DNA of 64,000 bases from Cyanophora paradoxa CCMP329 (lineage: Eukaryota; Plantae; Glaucophyta), in assembly GCA_004431415.1 (NCBI GenBank), contig QPMI01000682.1, forward strand, positions 84,248 through 148,247. The letters run 5' to 3'. The position numbers and the translations under genes are program-made. Below are positions 1 to 10,208 of this stretch, piece after piece (the first letter of the stretch is position 1; the number at the start of each line of letters is the position of its first letter). The notes under the pieces were generated by a model. It was not told where the DNA came from. It saw only the letters and a list, made by a program, of their open reading frames with translations, and did no database searches.

Positions 1-3
1 GAG

Positions 4-753
4 ATGATAACCCCACCATTTCGTGCTCTTTTCATAGGAAAGTCTGCAACAGGCAAGTCAGAATGTGTGAAATATTGGTTGAAACAGCTGCATGATGCGA
101 AAAAGATTGATACTGTTCTTGTTGTGAGTGGGACGTCCTTCAATCATTTCTGGGATGCAGTTGCAACATTGCAACTCGGGAAATGGGATGCTGCTTACAT
201 TTCAAAATTACTGGATGAAAGGCAGGAGAAAATCGAAAAAGGGGAACCTGTCAATCACCTGTGTGTGGTCTTAGACGATTTAATAGACAACGAAATCATT
301 GATTTGACCCGAGACAAAATTGTGGGATCTCTGTATTCCAGAGGTCGCCACTCGAAAATCTCGATTATCTGCATCACACAGAAGCTGAGGAAGGTTTCTT
401 CAACAATTCGAGTAAATTCGGATTATGCTGTGTTCCTGAGTGCTGCTAATCGCAAAGAACTCGAAGCAATTGAAGAGGAGTACAATATCATGCGAAACAA
501 GGACGATTTCTATAAGATGTTTGAGGAATATGTACACTCCTACCAATACATTGTGTGGTCTTCTGCAAATTATTCGGTGAACTATTATGTTGATAAAGCG
601 GATCTGGTCAAAGATTTCCCATTTCCTCGGTTCCACAGGAAGCCCAAAAAGAAAGAAGATGAACTACCATCTCCACCGAAAGAGGAAGCACCCAAAGAGG
701 TCAAGAGTGGTGTTCATTCGAATAAACTGATGCGATATAAGAGAGGTTTGTAA
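4..753 (+). CDS. A32/FtsK-like DNA packaging ATPase
   Basis: Walker A IGKSATGKS, Walker B VVLDD, and RGRH...ITQ...IRVN motifs typical of Polinton/virophage/NCLDV packaging ATPases. Confidence 0.93.
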   Translation: MITPPFRALFIGKSATGKSECVKYWLKQLHDAKKIDTVLVVSGTSFNHFWDAVATLQLGKWDAAYISKLLDERQEKIEKGEPVNHLCVVLDDLIDNEIIDLTRDKIVGSLYSRGRHSKISIICITQKLRKVSSTIRVNSDYAVFLSAANRKELEAIEEEYNIMRNKDDFYKMFEEYVHSYQYIVWSSANYSVNYYVDKADLVKDFPFPRFHRKPKKKEDELPSPPKEEAPKEVKSGVHSNKLMRYKRGL

Positions 754-781
754 AATAATCTCTGCTTCTAATAAATATACA

Positions 782-1516
782 ATGCCTTCCAAACGCAAAG
801 TTGGTGTTCCTGCCGGTGCTATGTCATATTCTGCATCCTCTGGAACCGGTTCTATTAACATAGAGCCCCTGAAATTCAATGGTGTCAATGAAGTGAAAGC
901 ATCACAGCAACAGGAAGATCCCCTCAATGCTGCTTATGAAGAATCTCCCGATGATAAAGCGCCCCAGGCATCCACCAGTGATCAATTGAATATTTCGCCC
1001 GAAGCCACAAAGATGAAGGCAGTTGGTGAAGGTGCTCGTCGAATTATTGGTGCTGCTGATGATAAAGGACTTGGTCTGCAAGATCTCTCACTTGCCCGCA
1101 AAGGTGAAGGTGTCTCCAAAGAATCAGACAAGGTTATTCAATCGATGGCTGGTGAGGTCACCTACAAGGTCGCACCTACACAGAATATCCACCGAATTCC
1201 CAAAGCCCAATGGGACGAAATGACTGCGAAACTTAAAGATCTGGAAGCGAAATCGAGTGCACTTGAACAGTATGTCTCTGAGAAGAAAGAGAGAGCGAAA
1301 TTAAAGGAGATGCTGCGAAAGGAGGTGTATAGAATGGGAATCACTGGTCTCCCAGATAAGCAGTTCATTGGTAAGAAAGAAACTCAAATCGATGAGCAGG
1401 CAGTTGATGAGATGAAGACCAAAACCCAGAAGGGCACCATTGAACCTGGTGCTACCAAAGCAGAGGTTGACAAAGGTGTTGCCCCAACAGTATATAAACG
1501 ACGAGTATGGCTATAA
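782..1516 (+). CDS. Hypothetical Lys/Glu-rich protein with coiled coil (possible virion core protein)
   Basis: 244-aa ORF with AT-rich leader, co-oriented with the ATPase; no recognisable motif. Confidence 0.7.
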   Translation: MPSKRKVGVPAGAMSYSASSGTGSINIEPLKFNGVNEVKASQQQEDPLNAAYEESPDDKAPQASTSDQLNISPEATKMKAVGEGARRIIGAADDKGLGLQDLSLARKGEGVSKESDKVIQSMAGEVTYKVAPTQNIHRIPKAQWDEMTAKLKDLEAKSSALEQYVSEKKERAKLKEMLRKEVYRMGITGLPDKQFIGKKETQIDEQAVDEMKTKTQKGTIEPGATKAEVDKGVAPTVYKRRVWL

Positions 1517-1543
1517 TTATCTCGCATTAAAAGAGAAAGCATC

Positions 1544-1777
1544 ATGGATTTTCTGCGCAAAATCATTGAGATGTTTAATCTCCACATTGTGAGCAATTGT
1601 CACAGTGGTTGCTGTGACACCAAAGTCGAAATCGAGTTCTCAGACACTGAAAGCCATGGATCTGGTGGAAGGAGATTATCCACAGACTCGGTGGATTTCG
1701 AGGAGCATATTAAAACAGAGACTGTGAGGCGCAGGTCTGTATCTTTCACAGATCCGAAATTAAATCTCGGTAATTAA
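1544..1777 (+). CDS. Small hypothetical protein (CHSGCC motif)
   Basis: 77-aa ATG ORF filling the gap between co-oriented genes. Confidence 0.5.
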   Translation: MDFLRKIIEMFNLHIVSNCHSGCCDTKVEIEFSDTESHGSGGRRLSTDSVDFEEHIKTETVRRRSVSFTDPKLNLGN

Positions 1778-1888
1778 TATCGAATGCTCAGTCTCTCTGA
1801 GATCTATGCTATCCTTGAAAGGAAATCCGCTGAATATGCAACAGAAGCCGCAATAAAAAAGCGTAGACAGGAACTGGTCTCGATCTGC

Positions 1889-1900
1889 AAAAAATGACAA
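1889..1900 (+). promoter_or_regulatory. AAAAAATGACAA putative early promoter motif
   Basis: The same motif occurs at 2335-2346 (+), 5051-5059 (+, partial), 10481-10493 (-) and 25452-25463 (-), each 30-90 bp upstream of a non-structural gene; resembles the mimivirus early promoter AAAATTGA. Confidence 0.55.
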
Positions 1901-1978
1901 GGGATTTAAGGGTAAGGTGTGTTTGATTGGTGAACCCGGACAAATTATTTTCTCGTCCCAATATAAGGAACATATCAA

Positions 1979-2206
1979 ATGGAAACTGAATCTGTGGTCG
2001 AATTCGAACTTGCAATGAGCGAAATGGATCCCAATGAAAAGAAAAGGTTGTATGACCGCTTGTACTTCCAGAAACGCTATCAAGATGAGGAGTTTCGTGA
2101 ATTATATCGGAAAAAGGCACTGGAACGATATTATCGCAGGAAAGCTGCTGAGATGGATCCCAATAATCCAGTAAAACGCCCAGTTGGTCGTCCCAGAAAA
2201 TACTGA
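1979..2206 (+). CDS. Small basic DNA-binding protein with C-terminal AT-hook
   Basis: KRPVGRPRKY AT-hook and basic helix YRKKALERYYRRK. Confidence 0.7.
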   Translation: METESVVEFELAMSEMDPNEKKRLYDRLYFQKRYQDEEFRELYRKKALERYYRRKAAEMDPNNPVKRPVGRPRKY

Positions 2207-2251
2207 ACCGCCCCCAAAGTCCCAGATATCCGCTGAATCCTTTTTGTTACC

Positions 2252-2279
2252 ATGATCAATCGACTTTTCGATGGATCAT
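2252..2279 (+). terminator. Imperfect hairpin downstream of AT-hook gene
   Basis: ATGATCaATCGA-cttt-TCGATgGATCAT inverted repeat 45 bp after the stop codon. Confidence 0.35.
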
Positions 2280-2393
2280 TACCATGTATCGAGCGCCAAT
2301 CGGAAAACCCAAAGGTATTTAAAGGTTAGCCGCCAAAAAATGACAAGGATCCGGAGAAATTAATTTCTCCATCAAGTATAAGAAGACCCCAAG

Positions 2394-4790
2394 ATGTTCA
2401 ACTCTCAGCAACCGAACGGACTAAAACTCTCTCTCTTTGAGAAGGTGGATCGCTCCACTCTCAAATACCTGATTGATAATTTCGAGACTTTGGATTATCG
2501 ACCTGATATTGATGCAACTGCTACTCTTACCCTTCTCCAACGTTATTTGAAGGATTTGAAGCGAGATGGGCGCATTGAAGTTAAATATCATCAATGCAAG
2601 CATAATACTGGTCGTTATTTCGTGAATCTTGAACACATCAAGAAGAAGCAAGCATCAATGCAAGGAATGCCCAGAGAATTCCGCCACACTCTTGCTCGCG
2701 ATTTCTACTACGATATTGATATGAAAAATGCGCATCCCACACTTCTCATTCAGTATTGTCAAAAAAATGAAATCGTTTGTGAGGGTCTCACTGATTATGT
2801 CGACAATCGTGATAGTATCATTGCTGATATAAGCAAGAAATCCGGACTTTCTCGCGAAGATATCAAAAAAGCGTTTCTCTCTGTTGTTAACGGGGGTGGG
2901 GGCTCAATTGATAATAAGGAGCTGCTGAATCATCCCAAGTTCAAAGCAGTCAAGAACGAAATCACAGGAATTCACGCTCAAATTGCAAGCATGCCCGAAA
3001 ACCACAACTTCTTCTTGATTTGCAAGCGAAAGAAGGAGTATAACATCTTTGGTTCAACCATTAATATGGTTCTTTGCAAATTGGAGAATGAATGTCTGAT
3101 TGCGCTTTGTCAGTATTTAACCTCACTTGCTGTGAAAGTCGGTGTTCTCGTTTATGACGGTTGTATGGTTGAAAAAGCCCCTGAATTACCCGAAACTCGT
3201 CTCCACAATATTCTCTGTGATGCTACCAAGTATATTGAGAATATCACTGGCTACAAGATTGAGTTGATGATTAAACCAATGGATCAAGGATTTACGATTC
3301 CAACAAATTCAAAAAGTGTATCCTCTCCTCTTAATATTGTTCGGGATGATCGTGAAGCTGCTCTCACATTTGTTAAATCGATTGAGGGGCGAGTGGTTAT
3401 GTCTGATGGTCGTATATTCGCTCAGACAGACGATTTTCTGTGGACTGATGATTCCACAATGGTCTACAATATAATGTTGAAATTGTGCATGGAGTGCTAC
3501 ATGTTCAAGGAGGATGACAAAGGTAACTTGAAGCCATATTCTACCAATCTTACTGGGGCAGATCGAATTATCAAGACAGCCAAAGCATTTCTGCCCAATA
3601 ATCGTGTGTTCTACAATGATATTATGTGGTCATCGACCATTGGGAAATTGTGCTACCGAAATGGTGTGTATGATTTCGAAACAAAGAAGCTCACACCATG
3701 GGACAAATGTGACAAGATCTATTCTACCACTCGAATTGAGAGGGATCTTCTTGTTGACAAAGATGGATATGTGATCAAGCCATCTGATTCGGATATTCAA
3801 ACCCTTTTCGACAAGATTCTGGAACCCGTTTTCGGAAATGATTCGATTTCTTCTGCTCTGGAATTTACAGCTCGTGCAATGGCTGGGAAATACGAAGATA
3901 AACAGTGGGGATTATCAATTGGTGAACGCAATTGTGGTAAGGGGGTTTATGTGAATCTCAATGAAAATACCTGGGGAACTGGATATGTGCACACCATCAG
4001 TGGGGAGGCATTCTTGCTGAATAAGAACTCAGATGACAACGATACCTCCAAGTTAAAGTGGATGAAGCCTTGTGAATTTCGTCGTCTGACATTCACCCAA
4101 GAGATGAAATTCGATGTCTCAAACACAAATATTAAGGTGAATGGTGCAATGATCAAAAAGAAGGAATCTGGTGGTGATGTTCAATGCATGCGTGTTCTTT
4201 ATGAAAATGAGGTCAATATTCGCCTCCAAAGTCGTTTGTGGATGATCATGAATGATGTTCCACCCATTTCCCCATCTGATACCCTTCAAACCATGGTATT
4301 GTTCAAGCACCCCCACAAATTCGTTGATCAAAAGACTGTTGAGGAAATGAACTCTCCTTGTGTGAGATTGGCTTCGGAAGATATCAAGAGTGTTCTGCTA
4401 AAAAGTCCTGAGATAATTAGAGCATTCGAATGGATGGTGTTTGAAGCCTACAAATCTCAGAAATTCGTGGTGTCTGGGAAGGTTGCTGAGGATATTAATG
4501 AATTCCGGGAAGATGCAGGTGATGAAATGTCTCTGATCAGATCAGTGTTCGAATTCACTCGAAATTCATCCGACTCTGTAACTTCCAAGATGGTTGAGCA
4601 AGAGATCAAGCAACTGAGACTGAATATGTCTGCAAATCGCATTAAAACTGTGATGGGTTTGCTTGGAGCGAAATATGACAAAAATGCAGTTCGAAAGAAG
4701 GTTGGAACTGGTTATGATCGCGGCTACAAGGGTGTTAAAAAGATTGATAATACACCTACTGTTGTTGAGTTTGATGATGATGATGAGTAA
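2394..4790 (+). CDS. TVpol (PolA-derived primase-polymerase) fused to D5-like SF3 helicase
   Basis: PolA-like motif A YDIDMKNAHP and motif C LVYDGCM; D5_N-like FRNGVYD region (here YRNGVYD); Walker A GERNCGKG; C-terminal winged-helix-like tail. Same architecture as Sputnik V13-type proteins. Confidence 0.85.
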   Translation: MFNSQQPNGLKLSLFEKVDRSTLKYLIDNFETLDYRPDIDATATLTLLQRYLKDLKRDGRIEVKYHQCKHNTGRYFVNLEHIKKKQASMQGMPREFRHTLARDFYYDIDMKNAHPTLLIQYCQKNEIVCEGLTDYVDNRDSIIADISKKSGLSREDIKKAFLSVVNGGGGSIDNKELLNHPKFKAVKNEITGIHAQIASMPENHNFFLICKRKKEYNIFGSTINMVLCKLENECLIALCQYLTSLAVKVGVLVYDGCMVEKAPELPETRLHNILCDATKYIENITGYKIELMIKPMDQGFTIPTNSKSVSSPLNIVRDDREAALTFVKSIEGRVVMSDGRIFAQTDDFLWTDDSTMVYNIMLKLCMECYMFKEDDKGNLKPYSTNLTGADRIIKTAKAFLPNNRVFYNDIMWSSTIGKLCYRNGVYDFETKKLTPWDKCDKIYSTTRIERDLLVDKDGYVIKPSDSDIQTLFDKILEPVFGNDSISSALEFTARAMAGKYEDKQWGLSIGERNCGKGVYVNLNENTWGTGYVHTISGEAFLLNKNSDDNDTSKLKWMKPCEFRRLTFTQEMKFDVSNTNIKVNGAMIKKKESGGDVQCMRVLYENEVNIRLQSRLWMIMNDVPPISPSDTLQTMVLFKHPHKFVDQKTVEEMNSPCVRLASEDIKSVLLKSPEIIRAFEWMVFEAYKSQKFVVSGKVAEDINEFREDAGDEMSLIRSVFEFTRNSSDSVTSKMVEQEIKQLRLNMSANRIKTVMGLLGAKYDKNAVRKKVGTGYDRGYKGVKKIDNTPTVVEFDDDDE

Positions 4791-4836
4791 AATACCTCTG
4801 TTATGATTCTGATTTCTATATACATTCTTTTTATAC

Positions 4837-5050
4837 CTTACTGGAAATGGACAGTAGGCACTGGAATAATCGAAGTAGGCACTTTTCAATTGAGGTTAGG
4901 CACTTTTAATTGACGTTAGGCACTTAGGCACCTTTCCTGGAAACTCTCTATAAAAAATAAAATCAACGTTTTGAAAAACGCGACTTAACCTTTTTAAGAC
5001 TTCTTTCTTTCTCTCGATTCAAGAGTGCCTAACTGCCTACAAGTGCCTAC
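4837..5050. promoter_or_regulatory. Putative replication origin cassette, iteron type I (TAGGCAC)
   Basis: CTTACTGGAAATGG box, five direct TAGGCAC at 4855/4876/4897/4917/4925, AT-rich spacer, then three inverted (G)TGCCTA at about 5025/5034/5043; immediately downstream of the primase-helicase gene. Confidence 0.6.
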
Positions 5051-5093
5051 AAAAAATGATGCGATTTCAGAGATGTGATCCAAGAGCACCACA

Positions 5094-5405
5094 ATGACCA
5101 CATTCTCAAAAGAAGATTTCGCCCGACTCAATCATGAATGCTATGGATCTGATCCAGTTCTGACAGATGCAGAGCAAAGAAAAAAAGTGCTTCGGTTGAT
5201 CTTGGAGAAAGGAGGATGTAAATATGATCAGATGCCCAGGCATTTCAGAAAGAAATTAGATAGATACTGCGAAAATGGTAGAGGTCACCAGTGTGCAAAT
5301 GATTTCGAGGAAATGAGAGCGGGGCAGGGTCGTCATGATGTGAACCATGCAAGAAAGCGACTTCAAGATAAACTTTCAAAACGCGTTCAAAACGCCCGAA
5401 AATAA
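5094..5405 (+). CDS. Hypothetical basic protein
   Basis: 103-aa ATG ORF preceded by AAAAAATGA. Confidence 0.55.
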   Translation: MTTFSKEDFARLNHECYGSDPVLTDAEQRKKVLRLILEKGGCKYDQMPRHFRKKLDRYCENGRGHQCANDFEEMRAGQGRHDVNHARKRLQDKLSKRVQNARK

Positions 5406-5426
5406 TATGTTCCCTTAAAGTAAAAG

Positions 5427-5876
5427 ATGCCCCGCCAATCCAATAGAATCATCAAAGAAAAGAAAAACGAAATACTCGGTCTTTTAGGAACCCTTTTAGT
5501 CACTGGTGATATTACAGAATTCGAATATGATCGCCAGGCAGCAATCCTGGATAGGAGACCAAGGTTATCTCAACTCACAGAAATTACAAATCGCCTCTAT
5601 GATCGTTTTGAGAAAATGGAGGAATTCAGGGATGAAGGTTTAAGGTTGGGAGCGATTGCACCGGAGATTGAAGATGGGGAAGCAATGAACAAAGCATATT
5701 CTTGGTTGACCTATCGAGCCAGAGGGGAGGTTATCCAAGATGGGATTGAATTCTTGGAGAGAATTGCACCCACTCTACCTCAGAGACTCAGACAGAAACT
5801 CCAAGACCTGCGAGCAATTAAAACTCGGTTGACCTTCATTTGTAAATTGAGACAGTTACAGATTGGATCGAATTGA
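5427..5876 (+). CDS. Probable N-terminal (terminal protein) part of the pPolB gene, separated by a local duplication
   Basis: The ORF terminates inside a 49-bp duplicate of the start of the downstream pPolB ORF, which itself lacks an ATG start (GTG). Confidence 0.5.
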   Translation: MPRQSNRIIKEKKNEILGLLGTLLVTGDITEFEYDRQAAILDRRPRLSQLTEITNRLYDRFEKMEEFRDEGLRLGAIAPEIEDGEAMNKAYSWLTYRARGEVIQDGIEFLERIAPTLPQRLRQKLQDLRAIKTRLTFICKLRQLQIGSN

Positions 5877-5949
5877 GATGCTAAGAGTGGTAATAATGTG
5901 GACAGTTACAGATTGGATCGAATTGAGATGCTAAGAGTGGTAATAATGT
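5851..5949 (+). repeat. Perfect 49-bp tandem duplication
   Basis: 5851-5899 is identical to 5901-5949 (GACAGTTACAGATTGGATCGAATTGAGATGCTAAGAGTGGTAATAATGT). Confidence 0.95.
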
Positions 5950-8624
5950 CCTATGCTCCTGTGGGTGGTTGCTTCTTCTCAACACCTGAGTGGATTGGAT
6001 CAAAGAGAGCAACTGTGAATGTGAAGAATATTGATGGTCAAGACTGCTTCAAGTATGCAATCTTGGCTTACCTGCACCGAAATGATATTAATAAACACAA
6101 GAGCAATGAACCCAACCAGTATAGAAGATGGTTAAACGAACTCAATTTCGAAGGCATCCAGTTTCCAGTTGCCTGTGATGCAGAGGTTATTGATCGATTT
6201 GAGGAGCAGAACCCTGAACTCTCAATCAACATTTATGGGGCAGATAATACTGCACAATGCTTCTATCCTCTCCACCAATCCAGCAACCCTAGGAGAAAGA
6301 CCAAGATTAACCTTTTATTAATCGAAAACGAAGAGGATGATAGAGGGCATTATATCACCATCATGTCTCTGAGTCGACTCCTGAAAACCACCTTTGATAA
6401 AGCCCATGATGGTCGCATTTATTATTGTGAGACCTGTCTGTCTCGTTTCAGAACTCAGGAGAAGCTGGATGTACATATAGAAGCGAATCGCTGCATTGAT
6501 TGGAGGGAGAGCAAAGGTAAATGCCCGAAATCTGGAAGTCACATTGCATTTGGGCTTCAACATCTTCGCAAAACTGTGTGGCTTCCCACTATCTGCTATG
6601 TGAAAATGGATAGTCACTCGGTTCCAATTGATGAGAACCGCAGTAAGAGAGAGGTAAAATCGGTTTCTCTAACAGTTGTGATGGGGGATGAGGTGATCTC
6701 TCATTATTTCGAGGGATCAGATCCACTTGGTGCTCTTTTTACCACTCTCACAGAGATCAGACCCCAAGTAGTTCGCACTCTATTCACCAATATTCCCATG
6801 CATCCACTCACAGAGGAGCAGAAAGCACAATACAAGATAACTAAACACTGTTATATCTGTGCAGAACGATTTACCCATGAGAACTTCCCAGTGAGAGACC
6901 ATTGTCATCAATCAGGAGCTTTTATTGGAAAAGCATGCCGAAACTGCAACCTCCACAGGAGAATCTCCAAACAAACCAAGGTAGCAATTGTGGTGGATCA
7001 CATGGATGAATGTGGACACGAAATATTCCGCAAAATTGCACAGCAAGATGATAAACTTCGTGTTGAGATCCTGAGCAAGAATTTCGATCAATACCTCTCT
7101 CTGCAATGGGGCATGTGGAAATTCATAGATGCTTCGCACTTCATGGACTTCCAGGCAGTGGATGCAAGTGATCTAATGGGTAAATTCCAGAAATTCCGAG
7201 AGTTGGCGTTTTCCCAATATGGATTAGATCCTGCCCATTATGTTTCGGCTCCTGGATTATCCTGGGATGCAATGCTAATTTACACCAGAGCAAAGATCGA
7301 GCAGATCAGTGATGTAGGGCAGTACGAATTTATTGAGAGGGCAATTCGAGGTGGGTTTGCTACAATGCCTACTCGATATGCAAAGGTGGAAAACCCAGAT
7401 GACCATATAGTTCTCTTGGATGCAAATAATCTGTATGGTTATGCTCTCAGTCAAGAACTGCCCATTGGAGATTTTCGTTGGGAAGATGTCACAGAGGCAC
7501 TTAAAGAGACCTCTGGACGAAGTGCTTTCATTGAAGTTGACCTGGAATACCCACAAACTCTCACAGATCATTACGATTTTCCACTTGTAGTGAATAAAGA
7601 GCAAATCACTACCGAAATGCTGGGTGAGTATCAACAAAACCTACTGGATATCACAGGTGAGAAGATAAGCAAAGACCCCAAACTCACAGCAACATTCTCA
7701 CCCAAAAATAACTATGTCATCTCCCAACCTCTCTTGGTCTATCTTGTGAGCAAAGGTATTATAATTAAGAAGGTTCACAGGGTTCTCTCATTTGCAACCT
7801 CTGCATTCATGAAGAGTTATATTGATCTAAATACGAAACTGAGGCGCCAATCTGTCACCAGATTCGAGTCTGACTTCTTTAAATTAATGAACAATGCAAT
7901 CTATGGTAAATGCCTTGAATCATGCAGGGGTCGATCTGTGGTAAAGATTGCTAACAGTGAGAAACTCTGCAAGAAATATGCTGCAAGTCCACTCATCAAG
8001 GCAACCAATGCATTAAACGAAAATGCTGTTGCCTTTGAGATGTACTCAAAGCATGTTCACTTAGATAAACCAGTTGCAATCGGGGCTTTTGTGCTGGATT
8101 TCGCGAAACTCCATAACAGCAGGTTCTTTTATGATGTGGTGAGGAGAACTTGGGAAACAGCTGAGCTACTATTCCATGATACAGATTCTTTCTGTCTAAT
8201 GCTTCATACCAATGATCTTAATAATGAGATGAAGCGAATTTCGGAACACCTGGATTGCAGTAATTATGATCCCTCCCACCCTCTCTTTGATAGGAGCAAT
8301 CGCTTGATTCCAGGTAAATATAAAAACGAGTTTCCCAATGCAAAGATTGTGGAGTATGTAGGTCTGAGATCGAAACTCTATGCTTTCAGAACTGAGACCT
8401 TTGATAAAATAAAGATGTCTGGTACTTCCTCCAAAGAGGTTCACTTTGATGATTTCAAGAGATGCCTGTTTGAAGGCATCACCAAAACAGTAGCAGTAGT
8501 AAACAAGCGAAGACAAGACCACAACCTATATGATTTGGAGAGCAGAAGGGTGGCTCTAAACCAACTCGATAGCAAAAGGAAGATATTAGACGATGGAATT
8601 CACAGCATTCCATTTGGGCTCTAA
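5898..8624 (+). CDS. polB: Protein-primed family B DNA polymerase with vOTU-like protease domain, C2H2 finger and endonuclease VII-like insert
   Basis: Motifs LLDANNLYG, KLMNNAIYGK, HDTDS and RSKLY; NVKNIDGQDCF...GHY dyad; CETC...H finger; CYIC...RDHCH...G...C..CN EndoVII motif. Confidence 0.93.
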   Translation: MDSYRLDRIEMLRVVIMSYAPVGGCFFSTPEWIGSKRATVNVKNIDGQDCFKYAILAYLHRNDINKHKSNEPNQYRRWLNELNFEGIQFPVACDAEVIDRFEEQNPELSINIYGADNTAQCFYPLHQSSNPRRKTKINLLLIENEEDDRGHYITIMSLSRLLKTTFDKAHDGRIYYCETCLSRFRTQEKLDVHIEANRCIDWRESKGKCPKSGSHIAFGLQHLRKTVWLPTICYVKMDSHSVPIDENRSKREVKSVSLTVVMGDEVISHYFEGSDPLGALFTTLTEIRPQVVRTLFTNIPMHPLTEEQKAQYKITKHCYICAERFTHENFPVRDHCHQSGAFIGKACRNCNLHRRISKQTKVAIVVDHMDECGHEIFRKIAQQDDKLRVEILSKNFDQYLSLQWGMWKFIDASHFMDFQAVDASDLMGKFQKFRELAFSQYGLDPAHYVSAPGLSWDAMLIYTRAKIEQISDVGQYEFIERAIRGGFATMPTRYAKVENPDDHIVLLDANNLYGYALSQELPIGDFRWEDVTEALKETSGRSAFIEVDLEYPQTLTDHYDFPLVVNKEQITTEMLGEYQQNLLDITGEKISKDPKLTATFSPKNNYVISQPLLVYLVSKGIIIKKVHRVLSFATSAFMKSYIDLNTKLRRQSVTRFESDFFKLMNNAIYGKCLESCRGRSVVKIANSEKLCKKYAASPLIKATNALNENAVAFEMYSKHVHLDKPVAIGAFVLDFAKLHNSRFFYDVVRRTWETAELLFHDTDSFCLMLHTNDLNNEMKRISEHLDCSNYDPSHPLFDRSNRLIPGKYKNEFPNAKIVEYVGLRSKLYAFRTETFDKIKMSGTSSKEVHFDDFKRCLFEGITKTVAVVNKRRQDHNLYDLESRRVALNQLDSKRKILDDGIHSIPFGL

Positions 8625-8806
8625 TCTACTTCATTAATCTTTCTTTTCTTTGGTTTCGCTCTCCAAGAAGTAATAAACCGCGAATTAAATGCAGCAGCCA
8701 AATACATCTTAATCCAGGGTCATTGGGCTCGATTGCAAAATAGTTTGGAATTGTGTTCTCTTTCCACACAGACTCTTGCATTTATTATATGAGAGATAAG
8801 GTAAAG

Positions 8807-10207
8807 ATGCCTTCCACACAAATAGGATTGAGACAACCACCAAGAATTGTGAGAAAAGAGGCAATTGAAGATCGAGGGAATATCCTACCTATCACAGTTC
8901 CAGTGGAAGAGAAAAGCAGTCGAATATTGAAAAGATCAGAGATGGTCAAGCAATTAATCCCAGAGACCCTCCCAGCTGAGACAGCACCAAAAGAGTCGAA
9001 GATTGCTAAGAAGTTCTATGATCCCAGGACAGGCTACAAGGGATTCACAGCAATGAGACAGGAACTACCAGAAGAGAACTACAAGAAGATGAGAGAATGG
9101 TATGATAAACAGGAGGTTGTCCAAATTAATGCACCCACTCTATCTCGAAAGAGAGATCCCATGATTCCAATTAGGCAACCCCTTGATACATATGTGATTG
9201 ATCTGCTCTTCTTTCCTGCATACAAAAAGCAGAATGATGGTTATGATACATTTATGAGTGCAATGGAATCAACCCTAAGAACTGGGTTCATAATTCCAAT
9301 GAGAGACAAGAGTGCTCTAACTACACTTGCAGCATTCAAGCAACTTGAACAGAGAGTCCCCAGACCAATTGTTCGCATTCAGAGTGACAGTGGAAGCGAA
9401 TTTACCAATGTGTTATTCACAGATTATCTGGGAACCAAATTCATTGAGCATCAACTTAGTGATGTTGCAGATCACAGAACCCAAGGTCGAATTGAAGCCT
9501 TTAACAGACAGATCAAGAGATTGATCACAAACCACTGCATCGCAAATAATACTGCACGATTTTTTGATGTGTTGGGTGATATTGAGTATAACTATAATAA
9601 TACCATTCACTCTGCAACCAAAAGAAAACCAGCAGAGACCACAGAAGCCCACTACAAAGAGATAGTGAATATGGAGGATCAGAGATTCAAGAAATCGATT
9701 GAGTATCTTGATGCCCTGAAACCTGGTATGTTTGTGAGAGTGAAAGTTGAAAAGAACCCATTTGCAAAGCAAGGGGTTAATTGGTCTCGAATTGTTTATA
9801 GTGTGGAGGGCAGAGAGGGCTTCAAGTTCAGAATCAGAAGTCCCAGTGGTGAGATAGTTGATGGTAGATTCGCTTTTCATGAACTGCTGCCCATTAAAGG
9901 TGTTGAGTATCATGAAACTCCCACAGTGGATGCCCTTGAACATGCAAAGGAGGAAGCCAGGGTTGATTCTGCAATCAGAAAGGAGGGCATAGAAAAAGCA
10001 AGTGAAGTACCAAAAGAGCCCCTCACAGAAGCAAGAGCACAAAAGAAGGGTAGAGTAGAGAAAGAATTAAAGAAGTTGACCATAGCAGGAACCCAGAAAT
10101 TATCAGAAGTCAACAGTCAGAGGTGGTATAATGACTTTTCAACCACCAAGGAAACATATACTGCACCCCAAACTCGATTTAATTTACGAAGTGGTCAAAG
10201 GAAATAG
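8807..10207 (+). CDS. int: Retroviral-like (rve) DDE integrase of Polinton type
   Basis: VIDLLF, QSDSGSEF and GRIEAFNR catalytic motifs; YNNTIHSAT; C-terminal GMFVRV...NWS...FHEL SH3-like domain; ATG preceded by GTAAAG. Confidence 0.93.
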   Translation: MPSTQIGLRQPPRIVRKEAIEDRGNILPITVPVEEKSSRILKRSEMVKQLIPETLPAETAPKESKIAKKFYDPRTGYKGFTAMRQELPEENYKKMREWYDKQEVVQINAPTLSRKRDPMIPIRQPLDTYVIDLLFFPAYKKQNDGYDTFMSAMESTLRTGFIIPMRDKSALTTLAAFKQLEQRVPRPIVRIQSDSGSEFTNVLFTDYLGTKFIEHQLSDVADHRTQGRIEAFNRQIKRLITNHCIANNTARFFDVLGDIEYNYNNTIHSATKRKPAETTEAHYKEIVNMEDQRFKKSIEYLDALKPGMFVRVKVEKNPFAKQGVNWSRIVYSVEGREGFKFRIRSPSGEIVDGRFAFHELLPIKGVEYHETPTVDALEHAKEEARVDSAIRKEGIEKASEVPKEPLTEARAQKKGRVEKELKKLTIAGTQKLSEVNSQRWYNDFSTTKETYTAPQTRFNLRSGQRK

Positions 10208-10208
10208 A

